Source of the DNA: Escherichia phage vB_Eco_Bam
Sequence record: OW991346
Direction: 5' to 3' (one strand)
Length of the DNA stretch: 40,137 bases
Positions 17,236 to 26,098 of the stretch are shown here, piece after piece. The notes under the pieces were generated by a model. It was given only the letters and a program-made list of their open reading frames with translations, made no database searches and was not told the DNA's origin. The translations under genes were made by a program, and so were the position numbers. Numbering within the stretch: position 1 is the stretch's first letter; each line of letters starts with the position of its first letter.

Positions 17236-18840
17236 ATGGCTGAAGTTAAACGTGAAGGTCTAGCTGCTGAAGGTGCAGCCAAGACATATGAGCGTTTGAA
17301 GAATGACCGTAACGACTACGTGACCCGTGCAGAGGACTGTGCCAAGTACACCATTCCTAGTCTGTTCCCTAAGGATTCAGACGATGGTGGTACGAGTTAT
17401 ACGACTCCTTGGCAGTCCATTGGTGCTCGCGGTCTGAACAACATTAGCGCAAAGGTAAACCTAGCGTTGTTCCCTGTAGGTGCGCCTTTCTTCAAACTGA
17501 ATATCTCTGAGCTAGAGCTGAAGCAAATCATCACCGATTCGTCTGCACTTCAAGATGTAGCACAAGGTCTGTCGATGGTTGAGCGTATTGTTCTTAGCTA
17601 CATGGAGGCCAACGGTTATCGAACTTCTCTGGTTGAAGCTATTCGTCAACTCTTTGTTAGCGGTAACGTGCTGCTGTACGTGACCAATCCTGACGAGATG
17701 ATGGATGGTGAAATGGCTGGTCTGAAGGTCTACCGATTGCCGTCCTATGTAGTTGAACGAGATGGATTCGATAACGTCTTGCAGATTGTAGCAGTCGATA
17801 AGATTGCCCGCGTAGCGTTACCTGAAGACATCCAATCTGCTATCGCTGAGGAGACTACCGATGAAAACCTGACAGAAGAAGTCGAGATTTACACTCACAT
17901 CTACCGTAACTCTGAGACACAAATGTTCACAGTTTATCAGGAGATTGAGGGTGAAATCGTAGCTGGCTCTGAAGGTGAGTACCCATTGGATGCTTGCCCT
18001 TGGATTCCTGTACGTCTTATCAAGATGCCTAACGAGGACTATGGACGTTCGTTCGTAGAAGAATACCTCGGTGACTTGAAGTCATTGGAGGCTCTGTACG
18101 AGGCTATGATTAAGATGTCCATGATTGCCGCTAAGGTTCTGTTCATGGTTAACCCTAACGGACAGACTCAGGTTCGCCGTATGGCTAAGGCCAACACAGG
18201 TGACTTTGTAGCTGGTCGTAAGGAAGACATCGGAGTATTCCAGTTAGAGAAACAACAGGACTTCAACACAGCGAAGATTGTAGCTGACACCATTGAGGCT
18301 CGCTTGTCGTATGCCTTCATGTTGAACTCTGCGGTACAACGCGGTGGTGACCGTGTTACTGCTGAGGAGATTCGCTATGTGGCTGGTGAATTGGAGGACA
18401 CTCTGGGTGGTATCTATTCGTTACTGTCCCAAGAGTTACAGATGCCTTTAGTCCGCATCCTGTTGCGTGTACTGGAAGCTACCTCGAAGATTCCTAACTT
18501 GCCTAAGGAAGCTGTTGAACCTGCTGTTGCTACTGGTCTGGAAGCTCTGGGTCGTGGTCATGACCTTGACAAGCTGAATATGTTCGTTAACGGTATTGCT
18601 ACTCTGTCTGCAATCCAAGACGAAGACCTGAACATGCGTGACATTAAGATGCGCTACGCTAACTCTCTGGGTATGGACACTGCTGGTATGATTCTGACTC
18701 CTGAGGAGAAACAACAGAAGATGGCTGAAATGGCTCAACAACAGGCCATGATGCAAGGTGGTGCCGCTGCGGGTGGCGTAATGGGTCAAGCTGGTGGTCA
18801 AGCAATGGCTGAACAAGCTGCTCAGATGATGCAACAATAA
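17236..18840 (+). CDS. gp8: portal (head-to-tail connector) protein (T7 gp8-like)
   Basis: 534 aa (T7 gp8 is 536 aa); position immediately before scaffold and capsid; Gln/Ala/Gly-rich C-terminus. Confidence 0.95.
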   Translation: MAEVKREGLAAEGAAKTYERLKNDRNDYVTRAEDCAKYTIPSLFPKDSDDGGTSYTTPWQSIGARGLNNISAKVNLALFPVGAPFFKLNISELELKQIITDSSALQDVAQGLSMVERIVLSYMEANGYRTSLVEAIRQLFVSGNVLLYVTNPDEMMDGEMAGLKVYRLPSYVVERDGFDNVLQIVAVDKIARVALPEDIQSAIAEETTDENLTEEVEIYTHIYRNSETQMFTVYQEIEGEIVAGSEGEYPLDACPWIPVRLIKMPNEDYGRSFVEEYLGDLKSLEALYEAMIKMSMIAAKVLFMVNPNGQTQVRRMAKANTGDFVAGRKEDIGVFQLEKQQDFNTAKIVADTIEARLSYAFMLNSAVQRGGDRVTAEEIRYVAGELEDTLGGIYSLLSQELQMPLVRILLRVLEATSKIPNLPKEAVEPAVATGLEALGRGHDLDKLNMFVNGIATLSAIQDEDLNMRDIKMRYANSLGMDTAGMILTPEEKQQKMAEMAQQQAMMQGGAAAGGVMGQAGGQAMAEQAAQMMQQ

Positions 18841-18860
18841 TTAACACCCACTATTGGAGA
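18839..18860 (+). promoter_or_regulatory. phage RNAP promoter (AATTAACACCCACTATTGGAGA), copy 1 of a duplicated pair
   Basis: Exact consensus, overlapping the portal stop codon. Confidence 0.8.
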
Positions 18861-18965
18861 GTCAACAACAGGCCATGATGCAAGGTGGTGCCGCTGCGGG
18901 TGGCGTAATGGGTCAAGCTGGTGGTCAAGCAATGGCTGAACAAGCTGCTCAGATGATGCAACAAT

Positions 18966-18987
18966 AATTAACACCCACTATTGGAGA
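18966..18987 (+). promoter_or_regulatory. phage RNAP promoter (AATTAACACCCACTATTGGAGA), copy 2 of a duplicated pair
   Basis: Exact consensus, 127 bp downstream of copy 1 within a tandem duplication. Confidence 0.8.
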
Positions 18988-19034
18988 GATGAACAATTTG
19001 TCTCTCCTTAGTGATTAACTTAATGGAGGAAACA

Positions 19035-19934
19035 ATGCCATATTCACACCTGTCCGGTGCTATCGTAACGTCTGCACAAGAAGCTGAACACGCACAAGCT
19101 ATGCTGGAAATGCCTGTAGCTGTTCGTGATGGTGATGATGCTATTGTCATTCAAGAGGAAGAACCGAAAGAGACTCCGACTGAAGACACTCCGTCTGAGC
19201 CTGAGATTCTGGATTCAGTAAACATCAATACCGATGGGGAAGACGACCCTGAGGAACTTCCTGCTGAGGAAGAACAAAAGCAAACCCAACAAGAAGAAAC
19301 AGAGTTGGACTTCTCCAAGGCTGACCTGAAGTCTATTGACGATGTGTCTGCTGCAATGAAGACTGCTGAACAAGGCCGAGACGAGTTGATTAAATCTGCC
19401 GTTGAGAAAGGTCTGGACAGCTCCGTTGTAGACACCCTGACCGCTGAGTATGAGCGTGACGGTAAAATCTCTGAGGCTTCCTACAAAGCTCTGGAAGACA
19501 TCGGCTATGGTCGTTCGTTCATTGACTCCTTTATTGCTGGTCAGGAATTGATTGCCACTAAGTTTGTGCATTCAATCTATGACTACGCTGGTGGCAAGGA
19601 GAACTTTGAGAAACTGACAGCCTTTATCGGTCAGAACCATCCTAATGTTGCCGATGCGTTCAACGATGCGTTGGAACGTAATGACCCTGTGGTTATCAAG
19701 GCAATGTTGGACTCAGGTAAGGCTCTGTACACCAAACACTTTGGTAAGCAACCTGCTCGTAACTTGGCGAACCTCGCTAAGCCTACAGCAACAAGTCGCA
19801 CTAAAGGTGAGGTCGTACAGCCGTACACTGAGCGTGCTGAGATGATTAAAGACATGAGTGACCCACGTTACGCTAAGGACGCTAAGTTCCGCGCTAAGGT
19901 GGAAGCTCGTGTAGCCAAATCGTCTTTCTTCTGA
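19035..19934 (+). CDS. gp9: capsid assembly scaffolding protein (T7 gp9-like)
   Basis: Acidic protein; VAVRDGDDAI, IGYGRSFIDSFIAGQE and MIKDMSDPRY match T7 gp9. ATG 19035 follows RBS GGAGG; the track ORF starts at an upstream GTG (19011). Confidence 0.9.
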   Translation: MPYSHLSGAIVTSAQEAEHAQAMLEMPVAVRDGDDAIVIQEEEPKETPTEDTPSEPEILDSVNINTDGEDDPEELPAEEEQKQTQQEETELDFSKADLKSIDDVSAAMKTAEQGRDELIKSAVEKGLDSSVVDTLTAEYERDGKISEASYKALEDIGYGRSFIDSFIAGQELIATKFVHSIYDYAGGKENFEKLTAFIGQNHPNVADAFNDALERNDPVVIKAMLDSGKALYTKHFGKQPARNLANLAKPTATSRTKGEVVQPYTERAEMIKDMSDPRYAKDAKFRAKVEARVAKSSFF

Positions 19935-19942
19935 TTGAACTG

Positions 19943-19964
19943 AATTAACACCCACTATTGGAGA
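19943..19964 (+). promoter_or_regulatory. phage RNAP promoter upstream of the major capsid gene (phi10 analog)
   Basis: Exact consensus; followed by a ~100-nt leader with strong RBS. Confidence 0.85.
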
Positions 19965-20068
19965 GGACATGCAGAGATGAATAAGTCTGACAGTAAAGAA
20001 GCTGTGAGCATCATCCTGTGTGTGTATCTCAACCTGATTTATTTTGATATTAACGGAGGTATTTATAT

Positions 20069-21247
20069 ATGGCAGATATGCAACGTGCGCAACACATTGG
20101 TAAAGACCAAGGTAAAGGTGCTGTAGACGCAACAGGTCTGGCTCTGTTCCTGAAGGTCTATGGTGGTGAGGTTCTGACTGCGTTCGCACGTCAAGCTCAA
20201 ACTCTGGACAAGGTTATGGTTCGTACCATCCAGAATGGTAAGTCCGCTCAGTTCCCTGTTATGGGTCGTACCAAAGCGTATTACCTGAAGGCTGGTAAGA
20301 ATCTGGATGACCTGCGCGGTGAAATCAAGCACACCGAAAAGGTTATCTCCATTGATGGTCTGCTGACTACCGATGTTCTGATTTATGACATCGAAGATGC
20401 AATGAACCATTATGATGTCCGTTCAGAGTATTCCCGTCAGATGGGTGAAGCTCTGGCTATGGCTACTGATGCGGCTAACTACGGTGAGATTGCCAAGCTG
20501 GTTAACTCCCGTGCCACTGCCGCTAAGAACGAGAACATCGCCGGTCTGGGTAGCTCCTCTCTGATTATGATTGGTAAGGACATCGTTGATGCGGCTGACC
20601 CTGCCAAGATTGGTGAGGCTCTGATTCAAGCTCTGACCTACGCTCGTGCTGAGTTCACTAAGCGTTACATCCCTTCGGGTGACCGTTACTTTGCTACCTC
20701 TCCTGACAACTACTCTGCGATTCTGTCTGCGATGATGCCTCATGCAGCGAACTATGCAGCTCTGATTGACCCTGAGACTGGTAATATCCGTAACGTGATG
20801 GGCTTCGAGGTGTACGAAACCCCTCATATGGTCAAGATGTCCGACTTTGTGGATAACCCTGCTGATGCTCTGGCTGGTGACGGTCACGTATTCCCTACCA
20901 CTGCTGCTGATGATAACTTCGCTGTGCCTACTGGTACTGCTGTTGTTAACGCCACTAACGTGATGGGTCTGTACTGGCACCGTTCTGCGGTAGCAACTCT
21001 GAAGCTGAAAGACATGGCTCTGGAACGTGCTCGCCGTCCTGAGTTCCAAGCTGACCAACTGATTGCTAAGTATGCAATGGGTCATGGTGGTCTGCGTCCT
21101 GAAGCTGCTGGTGCAATCATCGTAACCAAAGACGCTGCTACTGGCGTGAAGGTGGACAAGCTGGCTGGTCACGATGGTGCTGCTGCTGCGGCTCTGTCTG
21201 CTGACGAAGGTACTGCTCGTACTCGCCGTTCTGCAAAGTCTGAGTAA
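20069..21247 (+). CDS. gp10: major capsid protein (T7 gp10-like)
   Basis: 392 aa; long near-identities to T7 gp10 (LFLKV.GGEVLTAFAR, KHTEKVI.IDGLLT.DVLIYDIEDAMNHYDVRSEY, AANYAALIDPE.G.IRNVMGFEV, RRPEFQADQLIAKYAMGHGGLRPEAAGA); strong RBS GGAGGT in a long leader. Confidence 0.97.
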   Translation: MADMQRAQHIGKDQGKGAVDATGLALFLKVYGGEVLTAFARQAQTLDKVMVRTIQNGKSAQFPVMGRTKAYYLKAGKNLDDLRGEIKHTEKVISIDGLLTTDVLIYDIEDAMNHYDVRSEYSRQMGEALAMATDAANYGEIAKLVNSRATAAKNENIAGLGSSSLIMIGKDIVDAADPAKIGEALIQALTYARAEFTKRYIPSGDRYFATSPDNYSAILSAMMPHAANYAALIDPETGNIRNVMGFEVYETPHMVKMSDFVDNPADALAGDGHVFPTTAADDNFAVPTGTAVVNATNVMGLYWHRSAVATLKLKDMALERARRPEFQADQLIAKYAMGHGGLRPEAAGAIIVTKDAATGVKVDKLAGHDGAAAAALSADEGTARTRRSAKSE

Positions 21248-21267
21248 TTCCATTAACATCTGACATA

Positions 21268-21300
21268 AAGGGGAGGCCATTAGGTCTTCCCTTTTTTTTT
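21268..21300 (+). terminator. rho-independent terminator after the capsid gene (T-phi analog)
   Basis: 11-bp stem AAGGGGAGGCC / GGTCTTCCCTT (two G-U pairs) with ATTA loop, followed by nine T residues; 20 nt after the capsid stop. Confidence 0.85.
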
Positions 21301-21318
21301 CGCTAAGGAGGCTACTTT

Positions 21319-21915
21319 ATGTTCCAAGCTAACCCATATGAAACCAATTGGGCATACCAAGCGGAACTGGAAGCTGTTAACGAAATCTTGGCTGCGATTG
21401 GTGAATCACCTGTGAACACCCTTGAGGGTGACGCTAACACAGACGTAGTGAACGCCCGAAACATGCTGCAACAGGTCAATCGTACCGAGCAGGCACGAGG
21501 GTGGACATTCAACATCGAAGAAGGTTACATCTTGAACCCAGACATCTTCTCTGGTCTTATTCCGTACCTTCCGAATTACCTGAGTGTCACTACAACGGGT
21601 GGTACACCTTATGTCAACCGAGGTGGTTACATCTATGACCGCTTCAATAAGACTGACCGTTTTGATGCTCCAATTGAGGTAAACATGATTGTCTTGAAGA
21701 CATTCGATGAAATGCCTGAGCCATTCAAACGTTACGTTATCACTAAGGCTGCTCAACGCTTTAACATTCGGTTCTTTGGTGACCCTAATATTGACACCTC
21801 TCTGGGGAACGAGTTGATTGACCTTGAGCGTACAGTCAATGAGTTCGAGCTGGACTATGGTGCATTCAATATGTTCAACCAAGACCCGTTCGTATCACAA
21901 GCTATCAGCCGTTAA
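21319..21915 (+). CDS. gp11: tail tubular protein A (T7 gp11-like)
   Basis: 198 aa; AVNEILAAIGESPVNTLEGDAN, RGWTFNIEEG and YVNRGGY match T7 gp11. Confidence 0.93.
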   Translation: MFQANPYETNWAYQAELEAVNEILAAIGESPVNTLEGDANTDVVNARNMLQQVNRTEQARGWTFNIEEGYILNPDIFSGLIPYLPNYLSVTTTGGTPYVNRGGYIYDRFNKTDRFDAPIEVNMIVLKTFDEMPEPFKRYVITKAAQRFNIRFFGDPNIDTSLGNELIDLERTVNEFELDYGAFNMFNQDPFVSQAISR

Positions 21916-21929
21916 TAAGGAGGCTAACG

Positions 21930-24320
21930 ATGGGACTTGTCTCACAATCAATCAAGAACCTGAAGGGTGGTATCAGTCAACAACCTGACATCCTTCGGTT
22001 TGCAGACCAAGGGGAGAAGCAAGTCAATGCGTTCTCCTCAGAGGTTGAGGGTCTACAGAAACGACCTCCAAGCACTCACGTCAACCGATTGGCAGACCAC
22101 GGTGCTCTCAGTGAGAAACCTTATTGTCACGTAATCAACCGTGATGAACAAGAGAAGTACGTTCTGTTCTTCGGGAACAACACTGTGTACGCATACAATC
22201 TATTGACAGGTTTGTATGTTCCAGTGAACTTCCCTAGTGGTGCTTCTTACATTGCCACTGCGAACCCGCGTAAAGACTTACGAATGGTTACCGTAGCGGA
22301 CTTCACCTTTATCATCAACCGTAATGTGGTAGTACAGGAAGGTTCCACTCGGACACCGATGCACTACCAACAAGGTAAACATGGTCTTGTATATTGCCGT
22401 GGTGGCCAATATGCTCGTACCTATCAGATTATTCTGAATGGTGCAGTGCAGGCTACCTATACGGCTCCACTAGGTGACCAAGTAGCCCATGCCAAAGAGA
22501 TTGACACTCAGTTTATCTTGACTAAGCTGGCAGAGAACTTCAACGCTAACCTAAGCCAACACGGATGGTCAGCGTCAGTTCAGGATGGTTACCTGTGGAT
22601 TCAAGCAGGTGGAAACACTATCACTTCCCTGAAGGTAGTGGACGGCTTCAACGGGCAACTGTTGGATTGTATAACTTATTCAGCACAGAAGACCGTAGAC
22701 CTTCCGGTTACAGCTCCCGATAAATACCAAGTGTTAATCTCAGGAGATGCAGCTCAAGGTCAGGATGACTTCTGGGTTCAGTATGATGGTCAACGCCGTG
22801 TATGGACTGAAATCCCTGCACCTAACATCATTGCTGACCTGAACAAGAATACCATGCCTTGGGTGATGATTCGTGAGGCAGACGGTAACTTTACCCTACG
22901 TCCTACCGATTGGTCTACCCGTGGTAGTGGTGACGATGACACTAACCCGATGCCTTCCTTTGTGGGTCAGACAATCAACGATGTGTTCTTCTTCCGTAAC
23001 CGTTTAGGTTTTCTGAGCGGTGAGAACGTTGTGATGTCTGAGGCAGGGTCATACTTCAACTTCTTCCCTCGGTCTGTTGCTGTGACTTCTGATAGTGACC
23101 CTATTGACGTTGCTGTATCAACTAACCGGATTAGTATCTTGAAGTACGCTGTGCCATTCTCTGAGGAACTGCTATTATGGTCTGACCAAAGCCAGTTCGT
23201 AATGACTGCCGATGGTATTCTGACTCCTACGTCTGTCCGCTTGGATATGACCACTGAGTTCGAGGTGACCGATAGTGCTCGCCCTTACGGTATTGGCCGT
23301 GGTGTTTACTTCATTGCACCTCGCGCTAAGTTCTCCTCAGTGCGGCGTTACTATGCTGTGCAGGACGTTACTCAGGTGAAGAACGCTGAGGACGTTACAG
23401 CTCACGTACCGAGTTACATCCCTAATGGTGTACACAAAGTCACCGGTAGTTCCATTGAGAACTTGCTTACCGTGTTGACCGAGGGTGCTCCACATAAGGT
23501 GTTCCTTTACAAGTTCCTGTACTTGGAAGAACAGATTGCCCAGCAGTCTTGGTCTGAGTGGGACTTTGGGGAAGGTTCTCGTGTACTGTGCTGTGACATG
23601 ATGGGAGCTATTATGCACCTCGTGATTGATGCCCCTTCTGGTATCTACATGGAACGCATTGAGTTCACTCAGAACACTAAGGACTATCCTAACGAACCGT
23701 ACCGTTTGTATATGGACAGAAAGATTCGTTACACCATCCCTAGTGGCGCATACAACGATGACAACTTTGAGACTACTATCTACTTGCAGAACGTGTATGG
23801 TGCTAAGCCTCAGTACGGTAAGTATTTCGTAGTGTTAGAATCTGGTGTCGTGTATGAGTTCGACCCGCCTGATGGTGGTTGGGCTGCGTCAGATGGTGGT
23901 CTTCGCATCAACGGAAACCTTGAAGGTTACAACGTGTTCATCGGTGAGCAGTACACCATGCTGTATCAGTTCTCCAAGTTCCTTATTAAGTCTGTTGATA
24001 CTAATGGTGGTACAACTACTGAGGACATCGGTCGCTTACAATTGCGCCGCGCTTGGGTTAACTACGACAAGTCAGGCGACTTCCGTATCCAAGTTGAGAA
24101 TCAAGGTCGAGTGTTCACGTACAACATGACAGGTCGCCGCTTAGGGACTAAACAACTGGTACTTGGTGAGCAGAACCTAGATACAGGACAATTTAAGTAC
24201 CCTGTGTCAGGTAACGCCAAGGTGGTTAACATTACGTTGCTATCCGATGCCCCAAGCCCTGTTGCTATCATTGGTGGTGGATGGGAAGGTAACTACATCA
24301 GACGTTCATCTGGTATTTAA
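21930..24320 (+). CDS. gp12: tail tubular protein B (T7 gp12-like)
   Basis: 796 aa (T7 gp12 is 794 aa); position after gp11; RBS AAGGAGG. Confidence 0.92.
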   Translation: MGLVSQSIKNLKGGISQQPDILRFADQGEKQVNAFSSEVEGLQKRPPSTHVNRLADHGALSEKPYCHVINRDEQEKYVLFFGNNTVYAYNLLTGLYVPVNFPSGASYIATANPRKDLRMVTVADFTFIINRNVVVQEGSTRTPMHYQQGKHGLVYCRGGQYARTYQIILNGAVQATYTAPLGDQVAHAKEIDTQFILTKLAENFNANLSQHGWSASVQDGYLWIQAGGNTITSLKVVDGFNGQLLDCITYSAQKTVDLPVTAPDKYQVLISGDAAQGQDDFWVQYDGQRRVWTEIPAPNIIADLNKNTMPWVMIREADGNFTLRPTDWSTRGSGDDDTNPMPSFVGQTINDVFFFRNRLGFLSGENVVMSEAGSYFNFFPRSVAVTSDSDPIDVAVSTNRISILKYAVPFSEELLLWSDQSQFVMTADGILTPTSVRLDMTTEFEVTDSARPYGIGRGVYFIAPRAKFSSVRRYYAVQDVTQVKNAEDVTAHVPSYIPNGVHKVTGSSIENLLTVLTEGAPHKVFLYKFLYLEEQIAQQSWSEWDFGEGSRVLCCDMMGAIMHLVIDAPSGIYMERIEFTQNTKDYPNEPYRLYMDRKIRYTIPSGAYNDDNFETTIYLQNVYGAKPQYGKYFVVLESGVVYEFDPPDGGWAASDGGLRINGNLEGYNVFIGEQYTMLYQFSKFLIKSVDTNGGTTTEDIGRLQLRRAWVNYDKSGDFRIQVENQGRVFTYNMTGRRLGTKQLVLGEQNLDTGQFKYPVSGNAKVVNITLLSDAPSPVAIIGGGWEGNYIRRSSGI

Positions 24321-24336
24321 CACCCACTATTGGAGA
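24315..24336 (+). promoter_or_regulatory. phage RNAP promoter (ATTTAACACCCACTATTGGAGA) upstream of the deoxynucleoside kinase
   Basis: Consensus match overlapping the gp12 stop. Confidence 0.75.
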
Positions 24337-24353
24337 CATAACACCCACAACCT

Positions 24354-24379
24354 GAGGGTCACTATATTTAGTGGCTCTC
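24354..24379 (+). other. leader hairpin upstream of the deoxynucleoside kinase RBS
   Basis: GAGGGTCACTA-TATT-TAGTGGCTCTC, 11-bp stem with two G-U pairs, then TTTTAT and the RBS GGAGG. Confidence 0.5.
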
Positions 24380-24397
24380 TTTTATGGAGGAATTTTA

Positions 24398-25027
24398 ATG
24401 AGAATTGTAGTTATTGAAGCTAACATTGGTGCAGGTAAATCCACTTTGTTACAACCTCTTGTGGATGAACTTCAGCTATGGTCTGGTGAAGATTGGGACT
24501 TAGTGATTGAACCAGTAGACCAAGACCCTGAGTTCCACCGTCTGTTGAAAGAAATGATTGCCGATATGTCTAACCCAGACAAGCGTATTCGTTTCCAGAT
24601 GTACCTGACCGAGCAGCGTCAACAACTGTTAAAGAACTTACCTGATGGAAACTATGTCGTTGAACGCTCTCTGTTCAGTGACCTTGTGTTCTCCCAGATG
24701 TATTTCTTAACGACTGAGAAACCTTCTGCCGAGTACATGAATTATTACTACAACATCAAGGAACGTCTGAAAGACTACCCTCAGATTGATTGTGTCGTGT
24801 ACTTAGACCGTGACCCTGCGTCTTGCCATGAGTCCATCATCAAGCGTGGTCGTGAAGGTGAGCACTATGAGATGCACTATCTGGAAGACCTAAAGCGTTT
24901 CCACGATGCGTGTCTACCTCAGATTGCTCGTGAGTATAACACTAAGCTAATCACTGTGGACTTAGGTAAGACCTATGCTCTGCCTTCTGTGATTGCTGCT
25001 GATGTAATGGAGCACTTATATGGCTAA
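24398..25027 (+). CDS. deoxynucleoside kinase (dNK/dCK/dGK family)
   Basis: 209 aa; P-loop IEANIGAGKST, substrate-site EPV, ERS motif (VVERSLFSD) and arginine-rich LID KRGREGEHYE are the defining dNK-family signatures. Own phage promoter and RBS GGAGG. Confidence 0.8.
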   Translation: MRIVVIEANIGAGKSTLLQPLVDELQLWSGEDWDLVIEPVDQDPEFHRLLKEMIADMSNPDKRIRFQMYLTEQRQQLLKNLPDGNYVVERSLFSDLVFSQMYFLTTEKPSAEYMNYYYNIKERLKDYPQIDCVVYLDRDPASCHESIIKRGREGEHYEMHYLEDLKRFHDACLPQIAREYNTKLITVDLGKTYALPSVIAADVMEHLYG

Positions 25028-25517
25028 TGAAATGAAACCTATGTTTACTAAAGTCAAAGCTACTCTGGAACATGCAGACCGCTTGTCTCAGAATTTGTCC
25101 ATTGAGGACTGCAACGAACTGGTAGCCAGCGGGTCTTTACGTGAAGACTATGAACTGCGTGATGTTCGTAATCTGCTTCGCACTTGTGTTCAATTCGGTG
25201 GTGATGTTTATACCATCTTAGACCAATATCAAGTACCTATCATGATTGGTGGGGTAGCTGAAGATATGGGCTACTTTGGTGCTGGCACAGTGTGGATGCT
25301 GACCAGTAAGACTGCTTCAATGCGTCCAGCCACTCAACGTGCAGAACTTCTGTTAATGTTGTCAGACCATCTGAACCTGTGCTTGCAGAAGTACGTTAAG
25401 CTGCACAATGTGATGTGGAAGAAGAACACTGGTCATTATCGCTTCTTGTATAACCTTGGTGCTAAGTTCCGAGAGATTCCAGATAAGCCTGACTTCCTGT
25501 ACTTCAGCTTTGAATAA
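25020..25517 (+). CDS. internal virion protein A (T7 gp13 position)
   Basis: 165 aa; positional assignment immediately upstream of the gp14 homolog. Confidence 0.55.
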   Translation: MANEMKPMFTKVKATLEHADRLSQNLSIEDCNELVASGSLREDYELRDVRNLLRTCVQFGGDVYTILDQYQVPIMIGGVAEDMGYFGAGTVWMLTSKTASMRPATQRAELLLMLSDHLNLCLQKYVKLHNVMWKKNTGHYRFLYNLGAKFREIPDKPDFLYFSFE

Positions 25518-25528
25518 GGAGGTGCAAT

Positions 25529-26098
25529 ATGTGTGACCCCGCGTCAATCACAATGGCTACAATCGGGGTGGGAAGCTCTCTGATTGATGCCAAGAATCAG
25601 AACAAAGCGTATGCTGCTGGTGAGTTAGCAAGACGTAAACAACTCATGCAGATGGTACGTCAGGCCAACACTCAGGATGCGAACCTTCAGTTACAAGACA
25701 AGTCTAACTTCGAGGCTGCTATCCAAGAGCTTGAGAAGGCAACGATGGACTCTGTGAAAGCACAGGGTACTGTCCAGACTGCTATGGCTGAAAGTAACCT
25801 TGAGGGTCGCTCTATGGAACGTACAAAACGTGATGTAGAGAATGTCTACCTGCGTACCAAGGGCATGATTAACGAGAACTATGAGCGTGATTATGCAAAC
25901 ATCTATGCTCAACGTGTCTCTAACCGTGATAACCTGATTGCTGCCATCGAGGGTATGCCTCCACTTCAGCGTCCTGACCCACTGTCCCAAGGACTCAATG
26001 TGGTCACTGCTGGTGTACAAGGTGCTATTGTTGGTAGTAACATCTGGGGAACTTACAAGAAGACTCCTCAGTTCGGAAATACAGGAGTAACTAAATGA
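25529..26098 (+). CDS. gp14: internal virion protein B (T7 gp14-like)
   Basis: 189 aa; N-terminal MC and blocks AESNLEGRSMER and ENYERDY resemble T7 gp14; RBS AAGGAGGT. Confidence 0.85.
   Translation: MCDPASITMATIGVGSSLIDAKNQNKAYAAGELARRKQLMQMVRQANTQDANLQLQDKSNFEAAIQELEKATMDSVKAQGTVQTAMAESNLEGRSMERTKRDVENVYLRTKGMINENYERDYANIYAQRVSNRDNLIAAIEGMPPLQRPDPLSQGLNVVTAGVQGAIVGSNIWGTYKKTPQFGNTGVTK

Larger units (their letters stand above)
18735..18988 (+). repeat. exact tandem duplication, 2 x 127 bp (portal 3' end plus promoter)
   Basis: 18735-18861 and 18862-18988 are identical by eye; each unit holds the last ~34 codons of the portal gene, its stop and a complete phage promoter. Confidence 0.9.

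Noticed and set aside
19976-20125. Short ORF starting at ATG 19976 in the capsid leader
   Set aside because: No RBS; overlaps the capsid RBS and start in another frame; the region is better explained as the long untranslated leader typical of gene 10.
20423-21280. 285-aa minus-strand ORF antisense to the major capsid gene
   Set aside because: Lies entirely inside a strongly supported + strand gene; Ser/Thr/Arg-rich low-complexity translation typical of an antisense frame; no promoter or RBS; T7-like phages transcribe one strand only.
24354-24379. Hairpin plus TTTTAT as a transcription terminator ahead of the deoxynucleoside kinase
   Set aside because: The U-tract is short and interrupted, and the hairpin lies ~20 nt after a consensus promoter start; more likely a 5' leader stem-loop, though attenuation cannot be excluded.
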